A DNA stretch of 64,000 bases from Burkholderiales bacterium PBB3. GTDB lineage: Bacteria > Pseudomonadota > Gammaproteobacteria > Burkholderiales > Burkholderiaceae_C. Position numbers and translations under genes: made by a program. The notes under the pieces were generated by a model. That model was not told the DNA's origin. It made no database searches and saw only the letters and a program-made list of their open reading frames with translations. Below, piece by piece: positions 26,460 to 35,020 of this stretch. The stretch's first letter is position 1, and every line of letters starts with the position of its first letter. The DNA lies in contig NKIK01000003.1 of assembly GCA_002256115.1 (NCBI GenBank), positions 194,280 through 258,279 of the forward strand, given 5' to 3'.

Positions 26460-27140
26460 CTATTTGCTTAAGTGCAACACGTAGCGGCTGCCCAATCGGG
26501 CCTTAAAGATTTTGGCCAACTCGCCATTCCTCTGCAGCTCCGCCAGGCCGCGCACCAACTCCTGCCCCAGCTCTGGCTCCAAACCCGGAGACAGCATCAA
26601 CCACACCGGTTTGGATGCCAACACCAAGCGCTGGGCATCTGCAAAACTGGCTTCCAAACCCGTGCTGGACAAGGCATCGAGCAAAGATTCATTTACCGTA
26701 CAAAAGCCATCGATCCGCCGTGCCTGCAACATGCGCACACCTGACTCCTGCGACTGAAGTTCCTGAAACCGCCAGGGCACGGCGCGGTCGTCACTCAGCT
26801 CTTGGCAGCCACCGTTCATGCGGCCCAGCGCCAAGGGTGCCAAATCACCGCGCCCGGCCACCAGCGCAGCCGCACGGGCAAAGGGCACGACCTCCACCCG
26901 TATCACCCGCCCTGTTTGTTGGGACAAGGCTGCCGCAATGTCCGGGTAAATTCCCTGCGGGCGGCCACTGGCGTCTATCCAGCCAAACGGCTTGGCCTGC
27001 AAAACCGGCATAGAGAGCGCACGCTCGGTTGCTAGCAGAGGCGCGCACCATACCAACGCCCAACACGCCAACAAAGCCCGGCGCAGCGCTGCAGCAGTAG
27101 AAACGGCGAAGGGGAATGGCATGGAGACATCGTAGTCCAA
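26460..27140 (-). CDS. Periplasmic substrate-binding protein (family 3 SBP-like) with signal peptide
   Basis: 226 aa; secreted. Bacterial extracellular solute-binding fold pattern. Confidence 0.55.
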   Translation of the reverse strand: MDYDVSMPFPFAVSTAAALRRALLACWALVWCAPLLATERALSMPVLQAKPFGWIDASGRPQGIYPDIAAALSQQTGRVIRVEVVPFARAAALVAGRGDLAPLALGRMNGGCQELSDDRAVPWRFQELQSQESGVRMLQARRIDGFCTVNESLLDALSSTGLEASFADAQRLVLASKPVWLMLSPGLEPELGQELVRGLAELQRNGELAKIFKARLGSRYVLHLSK

Positions 27141-27172
27141 TCACGGGGGTCTGGGCTTGCTATCCTTGTCCC

Positions 27173-28471
27173 GTGCCATCGCCCTCCCCCACCATCCGCC
27201 GCATTGCCCACCTGGACATGGACGCGTTTTACGCGTCGGTAGAGCTGCTGCGCTACCCGCAACTCAAAGACCTGCCGGTGGTGATAGGCGGTGGGCGCGC
27301 GAATGTGGCGGCAGCCCTGGAGGTACTGCGCCAGCAAGCCGCAGAAGACGCGCCCGAGCTGGAGTGGGATGCCGCCGCGCAGCGCGCCGCACTGCGCCGC
27401 ATTCCCATCGATGCGTTTGCTCGCCTGGCGGACTACACCGGCCGCGGTGTGATCACCACCGCCACCTATGCCGCGCGCCAGTTTGGTGTGGGCTCGGCCA
27501 TGGGTCTGATGAAGGCCGCCAAGCTGTGCCCGCAGGCCATTCTTTTGCCGGTAGATTTTGAAGAATACCGGCGCTACTCGCGCCTGTTCAAATCCATCAT
27601 CACCGAGATTGCACCGCTGATGGAGGACCGCGGCGTGGACGAGGTCTACATCGACTTCACCGACGTGCCCGGCGGCCAGCGCGAGGGCGGCCGCGTGCTG
27701 GCGCGTCTGATTCAAAAGGCGATTTTGGACGCGACTGGTCTGACTTGCTCAGTGGGCGTGGCACCCAACAAACTGCTGGCCAAGATGGCCAGCGAATTCA
27801 ACAAGCCGCGCGGCATCTCTATCGTGTTTGAGGCCGATGTGCCGACCAAGGTGTGGCCGCTGGCCTGCCGCAAGATCAACGGCATTGGCCCTAAGGCGGA
27901 CGAGAAGCTCAAGCGCTTTGGTATTGAAACGATTGGCCAACTGGCCGAGCGTGATTTGCAGTGGCTGATGGATACCTTTGGCCAGCGCACTGGAGCCTGG
28001 CTGCACGCCGCCAGCCACGGCCAGGACGACCGCCCGGTGGTGACGGAAAGCGAACCCGTGAGCCTGAGCCGCGAGACAACTTTTGAGCGCGACCTGCACG
28101 CCGTGCGCGACCGCGCCGAGCTGGGGGCAGTCTTCACCCGCCTGTGCGAGCAGGTGGCGGCCGACCTGCAGCGCAAGGGCTACGTCGGCAAAACTATCGG
28201 CATCAAGCTGCGCTATGACGATTTCAGCGGCGTGACGCGCGACCTGACGGTGGAGCAGTACACCGACGATGCAAAAACCATCCGCCAACTGGCTGGCCAG
28301 TGCCTGAAACGCGCGCCGCTGCAGAAGAAGCTGCGGCTGCTGGGTGTGCGCGTGGGGGCGCTGGCAAACCGTGCCGACCTCCCTGGATTAATAGCCAAAA
28401 GTGCCTTGCAGGCCGTGGATAGTGCGGGAGCAGCTCCTGAATTAATAGCGGTTAACGGGGAGCTCTTTTAA
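27173..28471 (+). CDS. dinB: DNA polymerase IV (Y-family); GTG start chosen to avoid overlap with the divergent SBP gene. Last about 35 codons come from repeat copy A
   Basis: IRRIAHLDMDAFYASVE, SVGVAPNKLLAKMAS, little-finger region. The ORF runs through the extended repeat (…[33 protein letters not shown]). Confidence 0.85.
   Translation: MPSPSPTIRRIAHLDMDAFYASVELLRYPQLKDLPVVIGGGRANVAAALEVLRQQAAEDAPELEWDAAAQRAALRRIPIDAFARLADYTGRGVITTATYAARQFGVGSAMGLMKAAKLCPQAILLPVDFEEYRRYSRLFKSIITEIAPLMEDRGVDEVYIDFTDVPGGQREGGRVLARLIQKAILDATGLTCSVGVAPNKLLAKMASEFNKPRGISIVFEADVPTKVWPLACRKINGIGPKADEKLKRFGIETIGQLAERDLQWLMDTFGQRTGAWLHAASHGQDDRPVVTESEPVSLSRETTFERDLHAVRDRAELGAVFTRLCEQVAADLQRKGYVGKTIGIKLRYDDFSGVTRDLTVEQYTDDAKTIRQLAGQCLKRAPLQKKLRLLGVRVGALANRADLPGLIAKSALQAVDSAGAAPELIAVNGELF
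28361..28470. repeat. Dispersed repeat copy A (reverse orientation; extended about 110-bp version, core 28411-28449)
   Basis: ctggcaaaccgtgccgacctccctggattaatagccaaaagtgccttgcaggccgtggatagtgcgggagcagctcctgaattaatagcggttaacggggagctctttta. Extended form is shared with copies B and C. Confidence 0.85.
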
Positions 28472-28479
28472 AAACCCGC

Positions 28480-30981
28480 TCAAGCCGTGCCACTGATGCG
28501 CAAAAGTCGATCCACCAATGCCAATAACAGCGTGACATCGATGGGCTTGGTGACATAGCCGTCCAGGCCCGCAGCGGCGCCCTCTGCCTGTTCGCCTGGC
28601 GTTGAGTTGGCCGTAACAGCGATAACCGGAATGGTCTTGGTGCGCCCATAAGACTTGAGCACCTCCAGTACTTGGTAGCCATCCATACCGGGCATGTTGA
28701 TATCCAGCAAAATCAAGTCCGGCTGCTGAGCCAGCGCAATGTTCAGGCCCTCGCCCGGCGTCAGCGCTGTGGTCAGCCGCAGCTGGGGTCGCCTTTTTAG
28801 TATCACCCTTATCAGCTTCAGGTTGACCGGGTTGTCATCAATGCACAGCACATGCAACAGGCGCTCAATGGCGATTTCTTGCACCCCGTTGCCCCCAACT
28901 TCCTCAGTCATGGCTTGGTCGGGCAACGCACTTGCCGCCAGTTCCACCCAAAACATGGCCCCCGCGCCCAGGGTGCTTTGCACGCCCACTTGCCCCCCCA
29001 TCCGGCGCACGAGCTGATCGGTGATGCTCAGGCCGAGGTGGGTTCCGTCAGGACTGGACGGGTCACCCAACTGGTCAAAGGGCGCAAATACATGTTTCAG
29101 CCGCTGGGGCTCGATACCCGGCCCCGTGTCTTGTACCTCTACACGCAGCTTGTCAGCCCCCCACCGCAGCACCCGCACGCCAACATCGCCGCCCGTGGGG
29201 CTGTAATGGATGGCGTTGGTCAAGAGGTTGAGCAAAACTTGCTTGAGTCGCATCCGGTCCGCCTGCACCACAAGTCCCGGTGCAATCTCGCTGTGAAACG
29301 TCAGGGACTGTGCTTTTGCCAACGGAGCCACCAGACTCCAGCACTCCGCAATTGCGCGGCCCAGGTCGACCGGCTCCAACGTCAAACCCACCGCCCCGGA
29401 CTCGATCCTGGCCAAGTCCATCACCTCGTTGATTAGCTTGAGCAGGTGGGTGCCACCGCTGGTAATTTGGGCGATGCTGTCGCTCTGGTCTTTGGTGAGC
29501 CGCTCATCCAATTGCAACACCTGAGCGAAGCCCAGCACCGCATTCAGAGGGGTGCGCAGCTCGTGGCTCATGCCAGAAATAAACTGCGTCTTGGCCAGAC
29601 TGGCTTCCTCGGCCTGCACCTTGGCCTGCCGCAACTCCTCTTGCTGGGCCAATACGCCGCTCAGGTCGCTAAAAATGTTGAAGATGTACTGTATTTCCCG
29701 TTGTGGGCCAAGCACAGCACCAATCGAGCTTTGCGAGAGACAACGGCTGCCGTCTTTGCGCTGAAACGGCAAAGGTCCGCTCCAGCGACCGGTGGCAACC
29801 ATGGACGCTTTGATCTCAGACTCCAGCCTGGCTGCCACATCGGGCGGGAAGGCACGCGTAAACGGTGCCCCTTTGACCTCCGAATCGCTGTAGCCCAAAA
29901 GCCGCTTATGTGCCGCATTTTGGTAAAAACCGTGTCCCGTGGCATCTGTAATCACCACGCACTGGCTGCTGGCATCAATCACCCGGTGAAACAGGTTGAG
30001 CTCTTTTTGCGCTTCTTTGCGTTGGCTAATGTCGGTCACAAAGGCCGTCACTACCTGCCCGTTGCCACGCGAAGATCGCGTGAGGGCAATTTCCACCGGA
30101 ATTTGCGCACCGCTGCGGGTGGCCATCAGCATTTCTGCGCGCCCGGCCTTGGTTGAACCCGACTGCCCCAACAACTCGGACACAGACCTGCGCTGCGCAG
30201 TGTCGGGTTGGAATATCTCGACCACATCGTCAAACGGCCAGCCCTGTATCTCCTGAAACCCCCAACCCAAAAGGGTCTCCGCCTTGGGGTTCCAGCCAAT
30301 GATTTTGCCATCACGATCTACCGTGATAACCGCATCTTGCGCATTGTCCAAAATACCCTGCAGGCGCAACTGGGACTCTGTTTGTTTTTGCAATATCCGG
30401 GCCAATTCCGAGCCCACCAACACAATAAGCACCATGCCGACCAGCAACTCCACACCGACCAGCTGCGGCGCGCCTGTGCGCGTCAGCAGTGCGGCCAGTG
30501 CAGGTGGCAAGAGCACCAGCACCGTAAAGATCTGCATGGCCCGCTGGATATACGACATTGACAGCATGGCGATCACGCATACAGCCAAAAGTGCGGTTAC
30601 CAGCATCGCACTGAACTGGAAACCTGCCTGCGACAGCAGCCACGCGGGCACTGCAGACCAGCTCAACGCAGCCAGTGCGGACTGCGCCGTGAATAACGTC
30701 CGCCAACGCACAATGGCTTTGCCCTGCGGCGCTGCCTTTTTGAAACTGCGGCACTCCCACACACCCAGCGCCGACCCCAACCAGATGGCAGCCACCCAGA
30801 TGATCAACACTTCAGGCAAAAAGAATTGCCAAAACAGTGCGCCACCTACAGGGGCTACCACGGCCGCCGTGGTTACGTTCAAAGGTTTGCGGGCATACGC
30901 CTCGTAGAGCAGGTGCTGCTCTACGTCCAGATGGGTGGACGGGCGGGTCAGAAAGGAAAAATCCATGGGCTGTGTCAACAA
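28480..30981 (-). CDS. Hybrid sensor histidine kinase (membrane N-terminus, PAS domains, HisKA, HATPase_c, C-terminal receiver)
   Basis: H-box SHELRTPLNAVLGFAQVL, HATPase region, REC domain (LCIDDNPVNLKLI...LILLDINMPGMDG). Confidence 0.85.
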   Translation of the reverse strand: MLTQPMDFSFLTRPSTHLDVEQHLLYEAYARKPLNVTTAAVVAPVGGALFWQFFLPEVLIIWVAAIWLGSALGVWECRSFKKAAPQGKAIVRWRTLFTAQSALAALSWSAVPAWLLSQAGFQFSAMLVTALLAVCVIAMLSMSYIQRAMQIFTVLVLLPPALAALLTRTGAPQLVGVELLVGMVLIVLVGSELARILQKQTESQLRLQGILDNAQDAVITVDRDGKIIGWNPKAETLLGWGFQEIQGWPFDDVVEIFQPDTAQRRSVSELLGQSGSTKAGRAEMLMATRSGAQIPVEIALTRSSRGNGQVVTAFVTDISQRKEAQKELNLFHRVIDASSQCVVITDATGHGFYQNAAHKRLLGYSDSEVKGAPFTRAFPPDVAARLESEIKASMVATGRWSGPLPFQRKDGSRCLSQSSIGAVLGPQREIQYIFNIFSDLSGVLAQQEELRQAKVQAEEASLAKTQFISGMSHELRTPLNAVLGFAQVLQLDERLTKDQSDSIAQITSGGTHLLKLINEVMDLARIESGAVGLTLEPVDLGRAIAECWSLVAPLAKAQSLTFHSEIAPGLVVQADRMRLKQVLLNLLTNAIHYSPTGGDVGVRVLRWGADKLRVEVQDTGPGIEPQRLKHVFAPFDQLGDPSSPDGTHLGLSITDQLVRRMGGQVGVQSTLGAGAMFWVELAASALPDQAMTEEVGGNGVQEIAIERLLHVLCIDDNPVNLKLIRVILKRRPQLRLTTALTPGEGLNIALAQQPDLILLDINMPGMDGYQVLEVLKSYGRTKTIPVIAVTANSTPGEQAEGAAAGLDGYVTKPIDVTLLLALVDRLLRISGTA

Positions 30982-32030
30982 TCTAACAAGCTATTGCGGA
31001 TAGCCAGCAGCGCGGGCAGGCAGAGCTGAAAGTGGCGAATGACCTCGGGGTCAAAGTGCGCGCCGCTTTGTGAAACTAAAAATTCAACAGCCGCATCCAC
31101 GCTCCAGGCGGCTTTGTAGGGCCGCTCAGACGTAAGGGCATCAAACACATCGGCCACGGCCACAATGCGGGCCGCCAGGGGTATGGCCTCACCCTCCAAG
31201 CCGGCCGGGTAGCCAGTGCCGTCCCACTTTTCGTGGTGATTTAGCGCAATTTTCTGGGCCAACTGCAGCAGATCGGATTCGTCATCATCGGCCAATATCA
31301 TGGCCCCGATAGCGGCGTGCGTTTGCATCGTGGCCCACTCGGCCGCGTCCAGCTTGCCTGGCTTGAGCAGGATGCTGTCAGGGATGCCAATCTTGCCCAC
31401 ATCGTGCATGGGGCTGGCGTGCAGTAGCAGGTCGCACCGCTCAATACTCCAGCCCATGCTGTTGGCTATGCACTCTGCAAACCGGCTCATGCGAATGGTG
31501 TGCAAGCCGGTTTCGTTGTCGCGGTACTCCGCGGCGCGGCCCAGGCGCTGCACCACTTGCAGACGCGTCTTGTTAAGGGCCTCGGTGCGCTCGCGCACGC
31601 GCTCTTCCAGCACTGCCTTTTGGTCAAACACCATGCGGTGTGCCAGCTGCGCGTCCAGCAAATTGCGCACCCGCATGAGCAGCTCAGCGCGGTCAAAGGG
31701 CTTGCCAATGAAGTCCCGCGCGCCACTGTTGAGCGCCTTGAGCAAGGCATCGCGCCCGTGCTGCGCTGTCATAACTACCACCGGGGGCAGCATGGAATCC
31801 TCCAGATTTTTGAGCTGCTCCATGACCGCGTAGCCATCCAGGTGCGGCATGTTGATGTCGAGCAAGATCAGGTCCGGGCGGCCCTCTTGGTAGCGCGGCA
31901 GCACCTCACGCGGGTCCTGCAAGAGTACGAGCTGGGTGTAGCCCTGTCCGGTGAGCAGTTTGTCGAGCAGCTTAAGATTGACCGGCTCGTCGTCCACCAC
32001 AAAAATGCGGGCTGGGTTGGTCTGGGTCAC
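30975..32030 (-). CDS. Response regulator with HD-GYP phosphodiesterase output domain (RpfG-like c-di-GMP PDE)
   Basis: REC (VVDDEPVNLKLL...LILLDINMPHLDG) plus HD-GYP (HDVGKIGIPD..., HHEKWDGTGYP). 7-nt overlap with the downstream kinase. Confidence 0.85.
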   Translation of the reverse strand: MTQTNPARIFVVDDEPVNLKLLDKLLTGQGYTQLVLLQDPREVLPRYQEGRPDLILLDINMPHLDGYAVMEQLKNLEDSMLPPVVVMTAQHGRDALLKALNSGARDFIGKPFDRAELLMRVRNLLDAQLAHRMVFDQKAVLEERVRERTEALNKTRLQVVQRLGRAAEYRDNETGLHTIRMSRFAECIANSMGWSIERCDLLLHASPMHDVGKIGIPDSILLKPGKLDAAEWATMQTHAAIGAMILADDDESDLLQLAQKIALNHHEKWDGTGYPAGLEGEAIPLAARIVAVADVFDALTSERPYKAAWSVDAAVEFLVSQSGAHFDPEVIRHFQLCLPALLAIRNSLLDC

Positions 32031-34561
32031 AAGGTGGTCTCTGTTGGGCTACTTTGCAGTAAATCGTCCATGGTCCAAAGGAGTACCCGCACATCCACCG
32101 GCTTGGTCAGATAGCCGTCGAAGCCGGCAGCCAGGCCCCGCGCCACATCGGCTGGCATGGCGTTGGCCGTCACGGCAACAAAGGGTACGTGCCGGAATCG
32201 CGCGTCCGCTTTCAGAATGCCCAAGACCTGGTAGCCGTCGAGTCTTGGCATATCGATATCCAGCAAAACAATGTCAGGCGTGTTGGCCAACGCCAGTTCT
32301 ATGCCTTGCTCCGGCTCGGCGGCAGACGTCAGTTTGAAGTTGGGCCGACGCGCCAATACGACTTCAATCAAGCGCAAGTTGATGGGGTTGTCGTCAATCG
32401 AGAGTACCCGGACCGTGCGCTCCAATGCGCCAGACTCCGTGGCGCAGGCGAAACCCACCTCGCAATCATCCTCGGCAGGCAGCACATCGGGGCCTTGCGG
32501 CAACACAATGCTGAACGTCGTACCCACCCCCACGGTGCTGTGCACCTCCACCGTGCCGCCCATCAGTTCGACCAAGCGCCGCGTGATGGTCAGGCCAATG
32601 CCAGTGCCTTCCACCGTGCCGGTATCGGCACCCAAACGATTAAAGGGTTGAAACAAGTCGCCCAGGCGCTCGGGGGCAATACCCGCACCCGTGTCACTGA
32701 CTGCAATGCACAGCAAGCCCTCTGGCATGACTTGTACCGACGCGGTAACGCTGCCACCGACTCGGTTGTATTTCACGGCGTTAGACAACAGGTTGATCAA
32801 CGCCTGCTTGAGCTTGGTGTGGTCGGCCCGCGCTGTCAGCCCGGCGGGTACCGCAAACTCCAGGCGCACGTTGTGTGCAGTCGCCAGGGTCTGGATCAGG
32901 TCGCGGCAGTCTTTCAGCAGTTCGGCCAGAATCACGCTTTCCAGCGATACATCCAGTTTGCCGGATTCGATTTTGGCCAGGTCCAGCACTTCATTGATCA
33001 AAGCCAACAAGTGCTGCCCGGCCTTCATGATTTCCTGCACACTGTCTTGCTGGTCGGCGTTCAGATCCTGGTCATATTCCAGCATCTGCGCAAATCCCAA
33101 AATGGCATTCATGGGCGTGCGCAACTCATGGCTCATGCTCGACAAAAAATCGGACTTGGCCAGATTGGCCCGCTCGGCCTCGTCTTTGGCCCCGGCCAAC
33201 TCCGCACGGCGCGCCAGTTCGGCGCTGAAGTCGGTAAATATATTGAAAGAGTACTGCACCCTGCCGTCGTCATCACGAATAAACCCCACATTGCTGGCCG
33301 ACGTAAAAACGGAGCCGTCTTTGCGCTGGATAGTCAGTTGGCCCATCCAGCCACGCTCGGAGGCAACCGCGTCCCGCGAAGCCAGTTTGAATGCCTCTTT
33401 TGCTTCCTTTGGCACTACTTTGGAGAAGTGTTGCCCCAAAATTTCTCCATCGCGGTAACCCAGTTCTTTTGCCTGCGCCTGGTTTTGATAGACCACGATG
33501 CCTTTGGCATCGGCAATGCCCACGCACTGATCACTGGAATCAAACACGCGTCTGAATAGTTTCAAGCGCTCCTGGACCTTCTTACGCTCTGAAATATCGG
33601 TCAAAAATGCCGTGTAACTGAGCTTGCGGTCATGTTGTAGCGGTGTGACCACCAGCTCGACCGGGAACACTTCGCCGTTTTTACGCTGGGCAGTGGCCTC
33701 TATTCTTTGACCCGGCGTAGTCATGCCAACGGCCTTGCGCCCAGGCACCAAATGGCGGTAGATACCGCGTTGGCTGGTGGGATCAAACCGCTCGGCCTCA
33801 GGCACCAACGTGCTTTGCACTGTAGCCCCCACGGCATCTTCCGCCGTCCAGCCAAATATGGTCTCGGCCCGGTGGTTCCAGGCGGTGATGTGCCCTTGCG
33901 CATCGATGCCCACCACTGCGTCGGGCACATCTGCCAACACGGCCTTGAGGTGCAGTTGCGACTCCTGCAGCTGCCAGGCGGTTTGATGCGACGCGCGCCC
34001 TACCACAATCAGCGCCGCTATACCCGCCAGCAAGACCAGCGCCACCAAACGGTCAACATCACCGCCGGTGACCAGGCCGACAGTCGCCGTGGGCAACAAA
34101 GCCCCCACCACAAAGCCCGCCATGGCCATGCGCTGCTCTGACACCGAAGCGACGATAACCGCGCTGACACAAAACAACATACTCACAAACAAGACCGCAT
34201 AGGGGCCATCAATGGGCCACATCATCAGCGCAGGCCCCACGGACCAGCACAGGCCGGAGACGGTGATCTGCAGCGCAAATACGCGCTGCCAAAAGACGAT
34301 ATTTTGTCCGGACGGAGCCGCCCTAAAGAATGCCCAACAGTTGAAACCGGCCGCTAGACACATGCAAGCCATGGCGCTGACCCAGATCACTTTGGGCTGG
34401 TGCGGCAGGTAGGGCCAAAGGACCCACGCACCAACAATGGTTGCAACGGCCGACATGGCCACATCCAACACATTTCTTCTGTAGGCCAGATACAGAAGCG
34501 CCGATTCAACGGACAAGTCGCGGTGGGGCTGGGGCATCGTTTGATGATACCCACGCACCAC
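32027..34561 (-). CDS. Second hybrid sensor histidine kinase (membrane N-terminus, PAS, HisKA, HATPase_c, receiver)
   Basis: SHELRTPMNAILGFAQML, HATPase, C-terminal REC (LSIDDNPINLRLI...VLLDIDMPRLDG). 4-nt overlap with the HD-GYP gene. Confidence 0.85.
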   Translation of the reverse strand: MVRGYHQTMPQPHRDLSVESALLYLAYRRNVLDVAMSAVATIVGAWVLWPYLPHQPKVIWVSAMACMCLAAGFNCWAFFRAAPSGQNIVFWQRVFALQITVSGLCWSVGPALMMWPIDGPYAVLFVSMLFCVSAVIVASVSEQRMAMAGFVVGALLPTATVGLVTGGDVDRLVALVLLAGIAALIVVGRASHQTAWQLQESQLHLKAVLADVPDAVVGIDAQGHITAWNHRAETIFGWTAEDAVGATVQSTLVPEAERFDPTSQRGIYRHLVPGRKAVGMTTPGQRIEATAQRKNGEVFPVELVVTPLQHDRKLSYTAFLTDISERKKVQERLKLFRRVFDSSDQCVGIADAKGIVVYQNQAQAKELGYRDGEILGQHFSKVVPKEAKEAFKLASRDAVASERGWMGQLTIQRKDGSVFTSASNVGFIRDDDGRVQYSFNIFTDFSAELARRAELAGAKDEAERANLAKSDFLSSMSHELRTPMNAILGFAQMLEYDQDLNADQQDSVQEIMKAGQHLLALINEVLDLAKIESGKLDVSLESVILAELLKDCRDLIQTLATAHNVRLEFAVPAGLTARADHTKLKQALINLLSNAVKYNRVGGSVTASVQVMPEGLLCIAVSDTGAGIAPERLGDLFQPFNRLGADTGTVEGTGIGLTITRRLVELMGGTVEVHSTVGVGTTFSIVLPQGPDVLPAEDDCEVGFACATESGALERTVRVLSIDDNPINLRLIEVVLARRPNFKLTSAAEPEQGIELALANTPDIVLLDIDMPRLDGYQVLGILKADARFRHVPFVAVTANAMPADVARGLAAGFDGYLTKPVDVRVLLWTMDDLLQSSPTETTL

Positions 34562-34577
34562 GTCAGCACAGCGTAAG

Positions 34578-34922
34578 CTACTGGTCTGTGGCGACGCCCA
34601 GCCGCCACAGCGACGTCACCTCTTTGGAGCGTGCTGCGTGCGGCGGGTCGGTGGCCACGATCCGGCCGATTCCCCGGCGCGCCAGCACCGCCAACAAAAC
34701 ACCGGTGCCCGTGCCAATATCAAAGGCGCACAGGGCCGCCACCGAAGCCACGCTAACGGCGCCGGGTGGGCCCCAGGCCTCTGCACAAGCCTGACGCGCA
34801 TCGGGGCTGCGCTTCAGAGGGACACTGTAGTCAGCCTCAAAGCCAATCAACAGCATGCCCAGCACGCGAGAGCGCTGGGCTTGGCGATGCAGATGGAAGC
34901 CTGCGGCAAAACTAAGTGCCAA
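34578..34922 (-). pseudogene. Remnant of a SAM-dependent methyltransferase gene (paralog of 47407-48393) with two internal deletions; TTG-initiated ORF
   Basis: Translation aligns with the N-terminal (AFHLHRQAQ...LLIGFEADY...), GxGxG (AFDIGTGTGVL) and C-terminal (HAARSKEVTSLWRLGVA) segments of the 47.4-kb gene. The roughly 80-aa and 130-aa middle parts are missing. Confidence 0.65.
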
Positions 34923-34990
34923 ATCGGCCTTTGAAGCCGTGGATAGTGCGGGAGCAGCTCCTGAATTAATAGCGGTTAACGGGGAGTTGT
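34921..34990. repeat. Dispersed repeat copy B (reverse), nearly identical to copy A through ...aattaatagcggttaacggggag.t.tttta
   Basis: gccaaatcggcctttgaagccgtggatagtgcgggagcagctcctgaattaatagcggttaacggggagttgtttta. Confidence 0.85.
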
Positions 34991-35020
34991 TTTAGCTTGT
35001 GGTGCATCTGCGCATCAGCA

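Noticed and set aside
18420-28400. Replication terminus (dif) explaining the orientation switch of the repeats
   Set aside because: No XerCD/dif-like sequence (…ATAATGTATATTATG… type) is visible in the interval. The switch tracks local gene strand, so a transcription-linked explanation is sufficient.
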